A DNA stretch of 64,000 nucleotides from Clostridiales bacterium (GTDB taxonomy: Bacteria > Bacillota > Clostridia > Christensenellales > Borkfalkiaceae), in the NCBI GenBank assembly GCA_022508245.1, contig JAFLVO010000006.1:847-64846 (forward strand), given 5' to 3'. The position numbers and the translations under genes were made by a program. The notes beneath the pieces are model-generated. The model worked only from the letters and a program-made list of their open reading frames with translations. It searched no databases and was not told the DNA's origin. Shown here piece after piece: positions 36,417 to 45,372 of this stretch; position 1 is the first letter of the stretch; each line of letters begins with the position of its first letter.

Positions 36417-37493
36417 ATGACAAAGATTGATATTTTTTCGGGATTTTTGGGCGCAGGTAAGACCACGCTTATAAAAAAACTCATTAAAGAAGCGTACGCG
36501 GGCGAAAACCTTGTTCTCATTGAAAACGAATTCGGCGAGATAGGCGTTGACGGCGGATTTCTTGCGGAGGCGGGAATAAAGATTAACGAATTAAACTCGG
36601 GCTGTATCTGCTGTTCGCTCGTCGGCGACTTTTCGAAGGCGCTTCAAAAGGTTCAAAAAGAGTACAACCCCGACAGAATTTTAATTGAGCCCTCTGGCGT
36701 GGGCAAGCTATCCGACGTTATCCGCGCGGTTGAGAGCGCACAGCTTGAAAACTGCACTGTAAATTCATACACGGCGGTAGTGGACGCAGCCAAGTGCAAG
36801 ATGTATATGAAGAACTTCGGAGAGTTTTTCAACGATCAGATTGAAACCGCCGCTTGCATAGTGTTCAGCCATACCGACGTTGCCTCGGCGGAAAAGCTTG
36901 CTACAGCAGTTGAACTTGTAAAGGCGCACAACGACCATGCAACTATTGTTACCACCGCATGGAACGAGCTTGACGGCAGACAAATTCTTGCGGCTATGGA
37001 GCATTCGCGCACCCTTGCGGATGAGTTGAAAGAGCTTGAAGAGGAGCACGAACATCACCACGACCACGAGGGACATTGCTGTCACCACGACCACGAACAC
37101 GAACATCATCATGACCATGAAGGACATTGCTGTCACCACGACCACGAACACCATCATGACCATGACGGACATTGTTGCCACCATGACCACGAACATGAAC
37201 ATGAACATCATCACGCCGACGAGGTGTTCACAAGCTGGGGCGTAGAGACGGGCAGAAAGTTTACAAAAGAGCAGATAAACAGTGCGCTTTCCAAGCTTTC
37301 GGACGCAGTAACCTACGGCACGGTTCTCCGCGCAAAGGGTATCGTTGCGGGAGAGGACGGCAAGTGGATTCACTTTGACTACATCCCCGGCGAAATCGAC
37401 GTGCGCGACGGTGGAGCGGCGTACACCGGCAGACTGTGCGTAATAGGCAGTAAAATAGACGGCGAAGAGCTCGCCGAATTATTCGGAGTATAA
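36417..37493 (+). CDS. COG0523 (CobW/ZigA/YciC-like) metallochaperone GTPase with a His/Cys-rich insert
   Basis: P-loop GFLGAGKTT, CXCC motif GCICCS, ENEFGE. His-rich block with three HHDHEGHCC-type repeats (third copy HHDHDGHCC), aa 211-267. CobW C-terminal domain. Confidence 0.85.
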   Translation: MTKIDIFSGFLGAGKTTLIKKLIKEAYAGENLVLIENEFGEIGVDGGFLAEAGIKINELNSGCICCSLVGDFSKALQKVQKEYNPDRILIEPSGVGKLSDVIRAVESAQLENCTVNSYTAVVDAAKCKMYMKNFGEFFNDQIETAACIVFSHTDVASAEKLATAVELVKAHNDHATIVTTAWNELDGRQILAAMEHSRTLADELKELEEEHEHHHDHEGHCCHHDHEHEHHHDHEGHCCHHDHEHHHDHDGHCCHHDHEHEHEHHHADEVFTSWGVETGRKFTKEQINSALSKLSDAVTYGTVLRAKGIVAGEDGKWIHFDYIPGEIDVRDGGAAYTGRLCVIGSKIDGEELAELFGV

Positions 37494-38441
37494 ATGCAGG
37501 ATATAGAAGTTTATCTCTTTCTCGGCTTTTTAGAGTCGGGCAAGACCAAATTCATACAGGAAACGCTCGAAGACCCCCGCATGGAGAACGGTCAGCGTAC
37601 ATTGCTTTTAATCTGCGAGGAGGGGGAAGAAGAGTACGTTCCCCAAAAGTTCAACGTCAAAAACGTTGCCAAAGTCACTTTGGAGAGTGTAGACGAGCTC
37701 AACGCGGACAATCTTTCTTCGCTTACAAAAAAATACGGCGCGCAGAGGGTGGTGGTGGAGTTCAACGGAACGTGGCTTTTGCAGCAGTTCTTTGACGCCA
37801 TGCCCGAAGAGTGGGTTATCGTGCAGATGATGACCTTCTTTGACAGCGCAACCTTTTTAAACTACAACGCGAATATGCGTCAGCTTGTGTTCGACAAAAT
37901 CCAGATGACGCAGATGGTTGTTTTCAACCGCTTCAAACCCGAATACGACAAGCTGGCTTTTCATAAAATTGTGCGCGGAATTTCCCGCAGACCGGATATC
38001 GTCTACGAATATATAGGCGGCAAAGCCGAGTTCGACGAAATAGAGGACCCGCTTCCCTTCGACAAGAACGCCAAGGTTATAGAGATTGAGGACAGAGATT
38101 TTGCCTGGTTCTATCGCGATATGGCGGAGAACACCTCAGACTACATCGGCAAGACGGTAAAATTCAAGGGTATGGCGGCGCTTTCAAAAAAGGCGGGCAA
38201 GGACTGCTTTATCCTTGGCAGACACATTATGACCTGTTGCGAGGCGGATACCGCTTACGACGGGTTTGCCGTAAAAGCGGGGGGTATGCTCCCCGATGTC
38301 AAGACGAGGGACTGGGTAACGGTTACGGGCGTTATAGGCATTGAATACAATTCAATGTACCGCTCAAAAGGTCCCGTTATAAAGGCTGTAAAGCTTGAAT
38401 ACTCAGACCCTCCCGATGAACCTGTTGCAACTTATTATTAA
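37494..38441 (+). CDS. COG0523-like GTPase domain fused to a DUF1980-like C-terminal domain (CCxxD motif)
   Basis: N-terminus LGFLESGKTKF (P-loop retained) with no CXCC. The C-terminus ILGRHIMTCCEADTAYDGFAV resembles the TIGR03943/DUF1980 CC-x-A-D motif. The start abuts the upstream stop (TAAATG). Confidence 0.6.
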   Translation: MQDIEVYLFLGFLESGKTKFIQETLEDPRMENGQRTLLLICEEGEEEYVPQKFNVKNVAKVTLESVDELNADNLSSLTKKYGAQRVVVEFNGTWLLQQFFDAMPEEWVIVQMMTFFDSATFLNYNANMRQLVFDKIQMTQMVVFNRFKPEYDKLAFHKIVRGISRRPDIVYEYIGGKAEFDEIEDPLPFDKNAKVIEIEDRDFAWFYRDMAENTSDYIGKTVKFKGMAALSKKAGKDCFILGRHIMTCCEADTAYDGFAVKAGGMLPDVKTRDWVTVTGVIGIEYNSMYRSKGPVIKAVKLEYSDPPDEPVATYY

Positions 38442-38454
38442 AACCGCTCACAAA

Positions 38455-38550
38455 AATTAAAAGCTATTCTGCGCTTTCAATTTTTCGTGATTTTGGGAAC
38501 TAAGTTCCCCTCGTCGAGATATTTAAGGGCAAACAATAATAAAATCATAG
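38455..38550 (+). repeat. Rep-A structured intergenic repeat, copy D (5' half only)
   Basis: aagctattctgcgctttcaatttttcgtgatttt-gggaactaagttccc-...atatttaagggcaaacaataa. The right half is replaced by a terminator hairpin. Confidence 0.7.
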
Positions 38551-38612
38551 AGAGCGTTGCGATTTTGCAACGCTCTCTACATTTTTTAAGCCCCCGAATT
38601 TCGGGGGCTCTT
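38549..38612. terminator. pair of hairpins between convergent genes
   Basis: agagagcgttgc gatttt gcaacgctctct (12 bp), followed by acatttttt. Then agcccccgaa/ttcgggggct. Confidence 0.7.
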
Positions 38613-38623
38613 AATTATTTATT

Positions 38624-40678
38624 TTAGGATTTTGAATCGGCAATTACCTTTTCGGCAATTTGAGGGGGAACTTCCTCGTAGCGCAGGAACTCGGTAGAGA
38701 ACTTGCCCTGTCCGCGCGTCATGCCTCTTAAGTCGGTAGCGTACTTGGCAATTTCGGAGAGGGGAACTTCGGCAATAACCGTGGTTATATCTCCGTCGGT
38801 CACGCTCTCGTTAATTCTGCCTCTGCGCTTGGAGATATCTCCCATAACCGCGCCGAGGTACTCGCCGTTTACTGCAGTCTTTAATTTCATAACGGGTTCC
38901 AAAAGTATGGGCTTTGCGTTTTTAATTCCCTCTTTGAATGCGAGCGCCGCTGCCGCCTTGAACGCCATTTCCGAGGAGTCTACGTCGTGATAGCTTCCGT
39001 CGTAAAGCACTGCTCTAACGCCTATTACGGGATAGTCGGCAAGAACTCCGCGCGAAAGACATTCTCTGAGTCCCTTTTCGACTGCGGGTATATACTGCTT
39101 GGGAACTGCGCCGCCTACAACCTCGTCGCCGAATTCGAAATCTGCCTCGCAAGGCTCGAAGCGCACCTTGCAGTGTCCGTACTGGCCGTGTCCGCCCGAC
39201 TGTTTCTTGTGTTTGCCCTCGGCGGTTGCCGTTGCGCGAATAGTCTCGCGGTAGGGGATTTTAGGCTCTGATAAGGTTACTTCCGTGCCGTAGCGCTGTT
39301 TGAGCTTTTTGGAGAGCATTTCCAAATGAATTTCGCCCTGACCGCTTATAATAAGCTCGCCCGTCTCGGCTCTCTTTTCAACCGAGAAGGTGTAGTCCTC
39401 CTCGCGCATCTTGTTAAAGCCTGCAAATATCTTGTCCTCGTCGCCCTTGTTCACGGCATTAACCGCAAGCGAAAGGCAGGGGCGGGGGAAGCGGATAGGG
39501 TCGAAGCGGATATTTGTTCCGAGTGCGCAGAGCGTGTGGTTGGTGTCTGTCGAAGTGAGCTTGTTCACGCCGCCGATATCGCCCGCCGAAAGCTCGGTTA
39601 CAAGCTCGGTCTTTTTGCCCTTAATCATAAATATCTGACCTATTCTCTCTTCAACCCCCGTGTTGGAGTTGAGTACGGTCATACCCGTTTTAAGCTTGCC
39701 GCGGTAAACTTTAATATAGTTTAGCTTGCCCGCAAAGGGGTCGTACACCGTCTTGAAAACCTGCGCGGCGAAGGGCGCTTCATCGTCGCATGAAACGCTT
39801 ACAAGCTCGTCGGCGTCAATGTCGGTGGCAAGGCTGTTGATTCTCTCGTTTGCGGTGGGCATATATCTTACGATTTCATCCAAAAGGTTTATAACACCGC
39901 GGTTCTGAAGCGCGCTGCCCGCCATTACCGGAATAACGCTTCCCGTAGCGATACCGCGCCTTATGCCGTGCACGGCTTCTTCCTTCGTCAGCTTGCCCTC
40001 TTCGAAATACTTGTCAAGGAGTCGGTCGTCATTCTCCGCCGCAGTCTCCATAAGCCGGAACTGCATTGCGTTCATTTGCTCGACATACTCCTTCGGTACG
40101 GGAATTTCCTGCGGTCCCTGCGTAGAGAATTTATACGCCCTTTCCTGAATGGCGTTGACGTAACCCGTCATCTTTTCGCCGTCAATCATGGGAATCTGTA
40201 TGGGCGCAAGCTTGCCCGCATACTTTTCTTCGAGTGCGGCAAGCGTTCCCGCATAGTCTGCGTTGGCTTTGTCCATGCCGTTTATAAATATAACGAGCGG
40301 TTTCTGAAGTTTCAAACAGTAATCGACTACGCTCTCCGCGCCGATGGGCAGAACGCCGTTCGCACCGAGTACGAGTATAGCCGCACCGCATGCGGAAAGC
40401 CCTTCGTGTCTCTCGCCCTCGAAATCGTAGAAGCCGGGAAGGTCTAAAAGGTTTATCTTTATTCCCTTCCAGGTAAGATATGCAACGGAGGTATACACCG
40501 AAATTTTCTTACTCTTTTCAAGGTCGTCAAAGTCCATAACGGTGGTTCCGTCCTCGACCTTGCCCATTCTGTCGGTTACACCGCCGTTGTATAGCATAGC
40601 CTCGCAAAGGGTGGTCTTGCCTTCGCCGCTGTGTCCAATGACTGCAATGTTTCTTATTTCTTTTGCTGTAATACTCAT
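38624..40678 (-). CDS. EF-G paralog (EF-G2-like translational GTPase, 684 aa)
   Basis: Start moved to ATG 40678 (MSITAKEIRNIAVIGHSGEGKTT). G3 is DLPGFYDF and G4 is NGMD. EF-G domains II-V are recognisable. The 85 codons upstream in the ORF track are AT-rich promoter region. Confidence 0.85.
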   Translation of the reverse strand: MSITAKEIRNIAVIGHSGEGKTTLCEAMLYNGGVTDRMGKVEDGTTVMDFDDLEKSKKISVYTSVAYLTWKGIKINLLDLPGFYDFEGERHEGLSACGAAILVLGANGVLPIGAESVVDYCLKLQKPLVIFINGMDKANADYAGTLAALEEKYAGKLAPIQIPMIDGEKMTGYVNAIQERAYKFSTQGPQEIPVPKEYVEQMNAMQFRLMETAAENDDRLLDKYFEEGKLTKEEAVHGIRRGIATGSVIPVMAGSALQNRGVINLLDEIVRYMPTANERINSLATDIDADELVSVSCDDEAPFAAQVFKTVYDPFAGKLNYIKVYRGKLKTGMTVLNSNTGVEERIGQIFMIKGKKTELVTELSAGDIGGVNKLTSTDTNHTLCALGTNIRFDPIRFPRPCLSLAVNAVNKGDEDKIFAGFNKMREEDYTFSVEKRAETGELIISGQGEIHLEMLSKKLKQRYGTEVTLSEPKIPYRETIRATATAEGKHKKQSGGHGQYGHCKVRFEPCEADFEFGDEVVGGAVPKQYIPAVEKGLRECLSRGVLADYPVIGVRAVLYDGSYHDVDSSEMAFKAAAALAFKEGIKNAKPILLEPVMKLKTAVNGEYLGAVMGDISKRRGRINESVTDGDITTVIAEVPLSEIAKYATDLRGMTRGQGKFSTEFLRYEEVPPQIAEKVIADSKS

Positions 40679-40862
40679 AAAATGCCCCTTATCCCGCCTT
40701 AGCGGCGGTTCATTATACCTATTATAATATATATAATCAATTATTTCAAGGGGGTAATAAAAAATAATGCCCGCCAAATGGGCTAAGAATAAGGCAATTT
40801 GCGGTCGACTTATATAATATTCAAAAATTATAAAAAAATGCCAAATAATTAGTCGTTTTCGT

Positions 40863-40891
40863 TTGACAATTCCTATTGACATCTTTATAAT
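40863..40891 (+). promoter_or_regulatory. consensus sigma-A promoter ~300 nt upstream of rpsJ
   Basis: TTGACA (40863-40868), 17 nt, TATAAT (40886-40891). Confidence 0.65.
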
Positions 40892-40897
40892 GAATAA

Positions 40898-41195
40898 GCA
40901 CGCGTGAGAGTGTGTGCTTGGGTAGATGCGCAAAGTTACTGAAATTTTACGGTAAAAATCCGCCGTAACAGATAATTTGTGCGGACAAATGTGAGGGCAG
41001 GACCCTTGCGACTAACCGCGATTCGTTTAAACGAAACGACTAACTCGTTAGTTCGTTTGAAAAACGAAGTGACTAACTCGTTTTTCGCTTAAAAACGCCT
41101 ATGCGCTGTTTGGCGCATAGTAAAAAAACGAAGCGCGACACACACGGATAAGTTGACGCGAATAAAAAAGTTAGTATAAATTAAGGAGTTACAAA
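40898..41195 (+). ncRNA. long hairpin-rich 5' leader of the S10 operon (candidate cis-regulatory RNA)
   Basis: Successive hairpins: aagcac/gtgctt (40896-40919), ttacgg/ccgtaa (40947-40968), atttgt/acaaat (40975-40990), three GACTAAC-hairpin units, and ctatgcgc/gcgcatag (41099-41120). Confidence 0.45.
41008..41097 (+). repeat. three tandem ~28-33-nt units, each GACTAAC plus a 7-bp A/T-rich hairpin
   Basis: GACTAAC at 41010, 41038 and 41071. Hairpins ttcgttt/aaacgaa (41022-41035), ttcgttt gaa aaacgaa (41052-41068) and cgttttt cgctt aaaaacg (41079-41097). Confidence 0.8.
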
Positions 41196-41495
41196 ATGGC
41201 AGGACAAAAAATCAGAATTAAACTTGCGGCTTACGACCACGAACTTGTAGACCTTGCAGCTTCGCGCATCGTTGAGACGATGAAGAAGAGCGGCGCTAAA
41301 ATATCGGGACCTATTCCCCTTCCCACAGAGAAAGAAATCGTTACAATTCTCCGCTCGCCCCACAAATACAAGGATTCGAGAGAACAGTTCGAGCAGAGAA
41401 CCTATAAGCGCATTATCGACATCTACACCCCCAACGCAAAGCTTTTGGACACCGTTCAGCTTCCCGCAGGCGTAGACATTAAAATCAAGCTTTAA
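41196..41495 (+). CDS. rpsJ: 30S ribosomal protein S10
   Basis: [22 protein letters not shown] aaggag. Confidence 0.97.
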   Translation: MAGQKIRIKLAAYDHELVDLAASRIVETMKKSGAKISGPIPLPTEKEIVTILRSPHKYKDSREQFEQRTYKRIIDIYTPNAKLLDTVQLPAGVDIKIKL

Positions 41496-41600
41496 TTAAA
41501 AACAAAAAGTCAATAAAGATACTCTACGGAGCGCAGGCGACGGAAACGGCGGGACGGCGCAACGCGGTATCTGAAAAATAAAACAGGAGGAACTTTATCA

Positions 41601-42230
41601 ATGAATAAAGCAATCATCGGTCGTAAAGCTGGTATGACCCAGATATTTACGGCAGAGGGCAAGGTCATTCCCGTAACGGTAGTGGAAGCGGGTCCCTGCC
41701 CCGTAGTGCAAATCAAGACTGTTGAAAAAGACGGCTACGCCGCATTGAAACTCGGTTTTGACGAAGCAAAGGAAAAGAGTCTCACAAAACCCGAACTCGG
41801 ACAGTTCAAGAAAGCCGGCGTTAAACCCTGCAAGGTGCTCAAGGAATTCCGCCTCGACGATTTGTCGAGCTACGCGGTGGGCAACGAAATCAAGGTTGAC
41901 GTTTTCACGGCAGGCGACAAGGTTGACGTACACGGCGTTTCAAAAGGTCACGGCTTCTCGGGCGTTATCAAGAGATGGAACCAGCACAGGTTGAAGGAAA
42001 CGCACGGCGTTGGCCCCGTACACAGAGAACCCGGTTCAATGGGTGCAAACAGCTCGCCCTCGCGCGTATTCAAGAACAAGAGACTTGCAGGTCAGTACGG
42101 TGTTGAAAACGTAACCGTTCAGAACCTCGAAATAGTCAGAGTAGACGCAGAGAGAAACTGCTTGCTTATTAAGGGTTCGGTTCCCGGCCCCAACGGTAGC
42201 GTCGTTACCATAAACGACACCGTTAAATAA
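41601..42230 (+). CDS. rplC: 50S ribosomal protein L3
   Basis: [21 protein letters not shown]. Confidence 0.97.
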   Translation: MNKAIIGRKAGMTQIFTAEGKVIPVTVVEAGPCPVVQIKTVEKDGYAALKLGFDEAKEKSLTKPELGQFKKAGVKPCKVLKEFRLDDLSSYAVGNEIKVDVFTAGDKVDVHGVSKGHGFSGVIKRWNQHRLKETHGVGPVHREPGSMGANSSPSRVFKNKRLAGQYGVENVTVQNLEIVRVDAERNCLLIKGSVPGPNGSVVTINDTVK

Positions 42231-42244
42231 GGAGGTACAGATAA

Positions 42245-42871
42245 ATGCCCAGTGTAAATGTGTATAAAATGGACGGCACTGTTGCCGGAAAGATAAACTT
42301 GAGCGACAAGGTGTTCGGCGTCGAATACAACGAAGCGCTCATTCATCAGGCGGTTGTAACCCGTCTTGCAAACGAAAGACAGGGTACGAAATCCACGCTC
42401 ACCCGTACGGAAGTAAGGGGCGGCGGCAGAAAGCCCTGGAGACAGAAGGGCACGGGTAATGCCCGTCAGGGTTCAATCCGCGCTCCCCAGTGGATTAAGG
42501 GCGGCGTAGTATTCGCTCCCAAGAGCCGCGACTTCTCCAAGGATATGAACAAGAAAGCCAAGATAGGCGCACTCCTGTCGGCTCTTTCCAAAAAGGTTGC
42601 GGACGGCGAGCTCGTCGTAGTGGAAAGCCTCGAAGTTAAAGAGGGCAAGACCAAAGAGATGGTTGCTTTCCAGAAGGCTTTAAACCTTGACAAGTCGGCT
42701 GTACTCGTTATGGACAACGACGATATCAATGTAATCCGCGCGGCACGCAACATCGAAAAGATTTCGACTCTGCCCGTAGCTCAGATATCGACCTACGAGG
42801 TTGTTGCAAATGCCAAAGTCGTTTTAACGAAGGAAGCCGTTAAGAAATTAGAGGAGGTCTACGGAAAATAA
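42245..42871 (+). CDS. rplD: 50S ribosomal protein L4
   Basis: [20 protein letters not shown]. Confidence 0.97.
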   Translation: MPSVNVYKMDGTVAGKINLSDKVFGVEYNEALIHQAVVTRLANERQGTKSTLTRTEVRGGGRKPWRQKGTGNARQGSIRAPQWIKGGVVFAPKSRDFSKDMNKKAKIGALLSALSKKVADGELVVVESLEVKEGKTKEMVAFQKALNLDKSAVLVMDNDDINVIRAARNIEKISTLPVAQISTYEVVANAKVVLTKEAVKKLEEVYGK

Positions 42872-43161
42872 TGTTTGCCGAAGATATTATAATTAAACCT
42901 CTCCTCACGGAAAAAGGTTATGACGGAATTGCCGATAAAAAGTACACTTTCATAGTAAAGAAATCGGCTAACAAAACACAGATAAAAAATGCCGTTGAAA
43001 AGATTTGGGATGTTAGCGTTGAAAGCGTAAACACCGTAAATTGCAAGGGCAAAAAGAAGAGAATGGGTAAGTACGAGGGATACACTCCCGACTATAAGAA
43101 GGCAGTCGTCCAGTTAAAAGCTGACTCCAAGGCGATTGAGGACTTCAACTCGTTATCCTAA
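42871..43161 (+). CDS. rplW: 50S ribosomal protein L23
   Basis: [10 protein letters not shown]...[19 protein letters not shown]. Confidence 0.96.
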   Translation: MFAEDIIIKPLLTEKGYDGIADKKYTFIVKKSANKTQIKNAVEKIWDVSVESVNTVNCKGKKKRMGKYEGYTPDYKKAVVQLKADSKAIEDFNSLS

Positions 43162-43172
43162 GGAGGCTTGAT

Positions 43173-44000
43173 ATGGCGATTAAAAGGTATAAACCCACCT
43201 CGCCCGCGCGCAGATTTATGACTGTAAGCGCGTACACCGAGCTCACGGGCGACAAGCCCGAAAGAAGCTTATTGCACGACAAGCGCAAGACGGGCGGCAG
43301 AAACAATCAGGGTAAAATCACGGTACGTCACATTGGCGGCGGCAACAGAATAAAGTACAGAATCATTGATTTCAAGCGCAACAAAGACGGTATTCCCGCA
43401 ACGGTTAAGTCCATTCAGTACGACCCCAACCGTTCGGCGCACATCGCGCTCCTTGCGTATGCAGACGGCGAAAAGAGATACATTCTCGCTCCCGTAGGCT
43501 TAAGCGTCGGCGACAAGGTTTTATCGGGCAGCGGCGCTGATATCAAGAGCGGCAACGCACTTTGCCTTGCGGACATCCCCGTAGGTACGGTCGTTCACGC
43601 AATAGAGATGCAGCCCGGACGCGGCGCGCAGATTGCAAGGTCTGCGGGAATCTCCGCTCAGATCATGGCAAAGGAAGGCGCTTATGCAACAATTAAGATG
43701 CCCTCCGGCGAAATGAGGCTCATCCCCGTAAAATGCAAGGCAACTATCGGTCAGGTAGGCAACCTCGAACACGAAATTATCCGTGTAGGTAAAGCCGGCA
43801 AGACGAGACACTTCGGTATCCGTCCCACGGTCCGCGGTTCGGTTATGAACCCCAACGATCACCCTCACGGCGGTGGTGAAGGTAAGAGCCCTGTCGGACA
43901 TGCAGGTCCTATGACCCCTTGGGGCAAGCCTGCTCTCGGCTACAAGACCAGAAAGAAGAAGAATCCTTCTTCCAAGTTTATCTTAAAGAGAATCAATTAA
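43173..44000 (+). CDS. rplB: 50S ribosomal protein L2
   Basis: [14 protein letters not shown]...[12 protein letters not shown]. Confidence 0.98.
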   Translation: MAIKRYKPTSPARRFMTVSAYTELTGDKPERSLLHDKRKTGGRNNQGKITVRHIGGGNRIKYRIIDFKRNKDGIPATVKSIQYDPNRSAHIALLAYADGEKRYILAPVGLSVGDKVLSGSGADIKSGNALCLADIPVGTVVHAIEMQPGRGAQIARSAGISAQIMAKEGAYATIKMPSGEMRLIPVKCKATIGQVGNLEHEIIRVGKAGKTRHFGIRPTVRGSVMNPNDHPHGGGEGKSPVGHAGPMTPWGKPALGYKTRKKKNPSSKFILKRIN

Positions 44001-44013
44001 GGAGGAATAGACT

Positions 44014-44286
44014 GTGTCAAGAAGCGTTAAAAAAGGACCTTACGCCGAAGAAAGACTTTTATCGAGAATAGAAGCCATGAACGCAAACGGCGAGAAGAAA
44101 GTAGTTAAAACATGGTCGCGCGCAACGACTATATTCCCCCAGATGGTAGGTCATACGATTGCGGTTTACGACGGAAGAAAGCACGTTCCCGTATACGTTA
44201 CCGAAGATATGGTAGGCTGCAAGCTCGGCGAGTTTGCTCCCACGAGAACGTTCAAAGGTCACGCGGCAAAGACCGCCAAGAAGTAA
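44014..44286 (+). CDS. rpsS: 30S ribosomal protein S19 (GTG start)
   Basis: SRSVKKGPY...[29 protein letters not shown]. Confidence 0.96.
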   Translation: MSRSVKKGPYAEERLLSRIEAMNANGEKKVVKTWSRATTIFPQMVGHTIAVYDGRKHVPVYVTEDMVGCKLGEFAPTRTFKGHAAKTAKK

Positions 44287-44299
44287 GGAGTAGTGTACT

Positions 44300-44689
44300 A
44301 TGGCAAGCAATATGAATAAAAAGGTTGAAAGAATTGCCGCAAATAAGGATACACGTCCTTACGCAACGGCAAAGCATATAAGAATTTCGCCCTACAAGAT
44401 AAGAACGGTGCTCGCTTTAATCCGCGGCAAGAGCGTGGAAGAGGCAGAGGCAATACTGAACTACTGCACCAAAGGCGGAAGCCTGGAAGTTAAAAAGGTT
44501 CTCATGTCTGCCGTTGCAAATGCAGAGCACAACAAGGGTATGGACAGAAGCGATTTGTTCGTTTCCGAAGCCTTTGCGGACGGAGGTCCTCACTTAAAGA
44601 GGATGCAGCCCGTATCCAAGGGCCGCGGGCACGCAATTTTAAAGAGAACGAGCCACGTAACCGTCATACTTGACGCGAAGAAGATTTAA
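44300..44689 (+). CDS. rplV: 50S ribosomal protein L22
   Basis: AKHIRISPYKIRTVLALIRGKSVEEA. About 15-aa N-terminal extension. Confidence 0.95.
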   Translation: MASNMNKKVERIAANKDTRPYATAKHIRISPYKIRTVLALIRGKSVEEAEAILNYCTKGGSLEVKKVLMSAVANAEHNKGMDRSDLFVSEAFADGGPHLKRMQPVSKGRGHAILKRTSHVTVILDAKKI

Positions 44690-44700
44690 GGAGAGAGAAT

Positions 44701-45372
44701 ATGGGACAAAAAGTTAATCCTCACGGTTTAAGAGTCGGCATAATTTCCGCATGGGACACTCAGTGGTATGCGGATAAAAAGAATTTCTCCGCATTTATCA
44801 AAGAGGACAGCGATATCCGCAAATTCCTCAAAACCAAGTATTACGACGCGGCGATAAGCAAAATTACCATCATAAGAGCGGCAAACAAGATTGAAATCGG
44901 CATCTACACGGGTCGCCCCGGCGTGCTCATCGGCAAGGCGGGCTCGGAGATTGAGGTTATCAAGAAACAGCTTGCAAAGCTCACGAAGGGTAAAGTAATA
45001 ATAATCAACGTTAAAAAGGTCGAGAAGATTGACCAGGACGCACAGCTCGTTGCAGAAGCGGTTGCAGCACAGCTTGAAAAGCGCGTATCGTACAGAAGAG
45101 CGGTAAAACAGCAGATTGCAAAGGTTGCAAAGACGGGCGTAAAGGGCGTTAAGATAACCGTAGGCGGCAGACTTGACGGCAGAGAAATAGCAGGCAGCGA
45201 AAGCTATCACGAAGGCTCCATTCCCCTGCAGACAATCCGCGCCGACATTGACTACGGCTTTGCGGAGGCGCATACGACCTTCGGTGTACTCGGCATCAAA
45301 TGCTGGATATACAAGGGCGAAGTGCTTGAAACGGCAAAACGCCTTATATTATCCGATGGAGGCGAAGAGTAA
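44701..45372 (+). CDS. rpsC: 30S ribosomal protein S3
   Basis: [14 protein letters not shown]. Confidence 0.98.
   Translation: MGQKVNPHGLRVGIISAWDTQWYADKKNFSAFIKEDSDIRKFLKTKYYDAAISKITIIRAANKIEIGIYTGRPGVLIGKAGSEIEVIKKQLAKLTKGKVIIINVKKVEKIDQDAQLVAEAVAAQLEKRVSYRRAVKQQIAKVAKTGVKGVKITVGGRLDGREIAGSESYHEGSIPLQTIRADIDYGFAEAHTTFGVLGIKCWIYKGEVLETAKRLILSDGGEE

Noticed and set aside
37047-37217. Regular ~45-nt DNA repeats, considered as a possible CRISPR-like or other non-coding array
   Set aside because: They are in frame inside a COG0523 gene and encode the His/Cys-rich block. There is no spacer structure.
40679-40933. 85-codon N-terminal extension of the EF-G-like ORF (MRIYPSTHSHACLFII...)
   Set aside because: The region is AT-rich promoter DNA and contains consensus promoters on both strands. 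The conserved EF-G N-terminus starts at Met 40678.
41010-41077. GACTAAC heptamers resembling the yeast intron branch-point UACUAAC
   Set aside because: This is a bacterial context with no intron features. I treat the resemblance as coincidence.
41153-41180. Proximal promoter-like site TTGACG-16-TATAAA just upstream of rpsJ
   Set aside because: The predicted start would fall inside the Shine-Dalgarno sequence (aaggag, 41183-41188). I therefore do not call it as the main promoter. It is kept only as an alternative in the leader finding.
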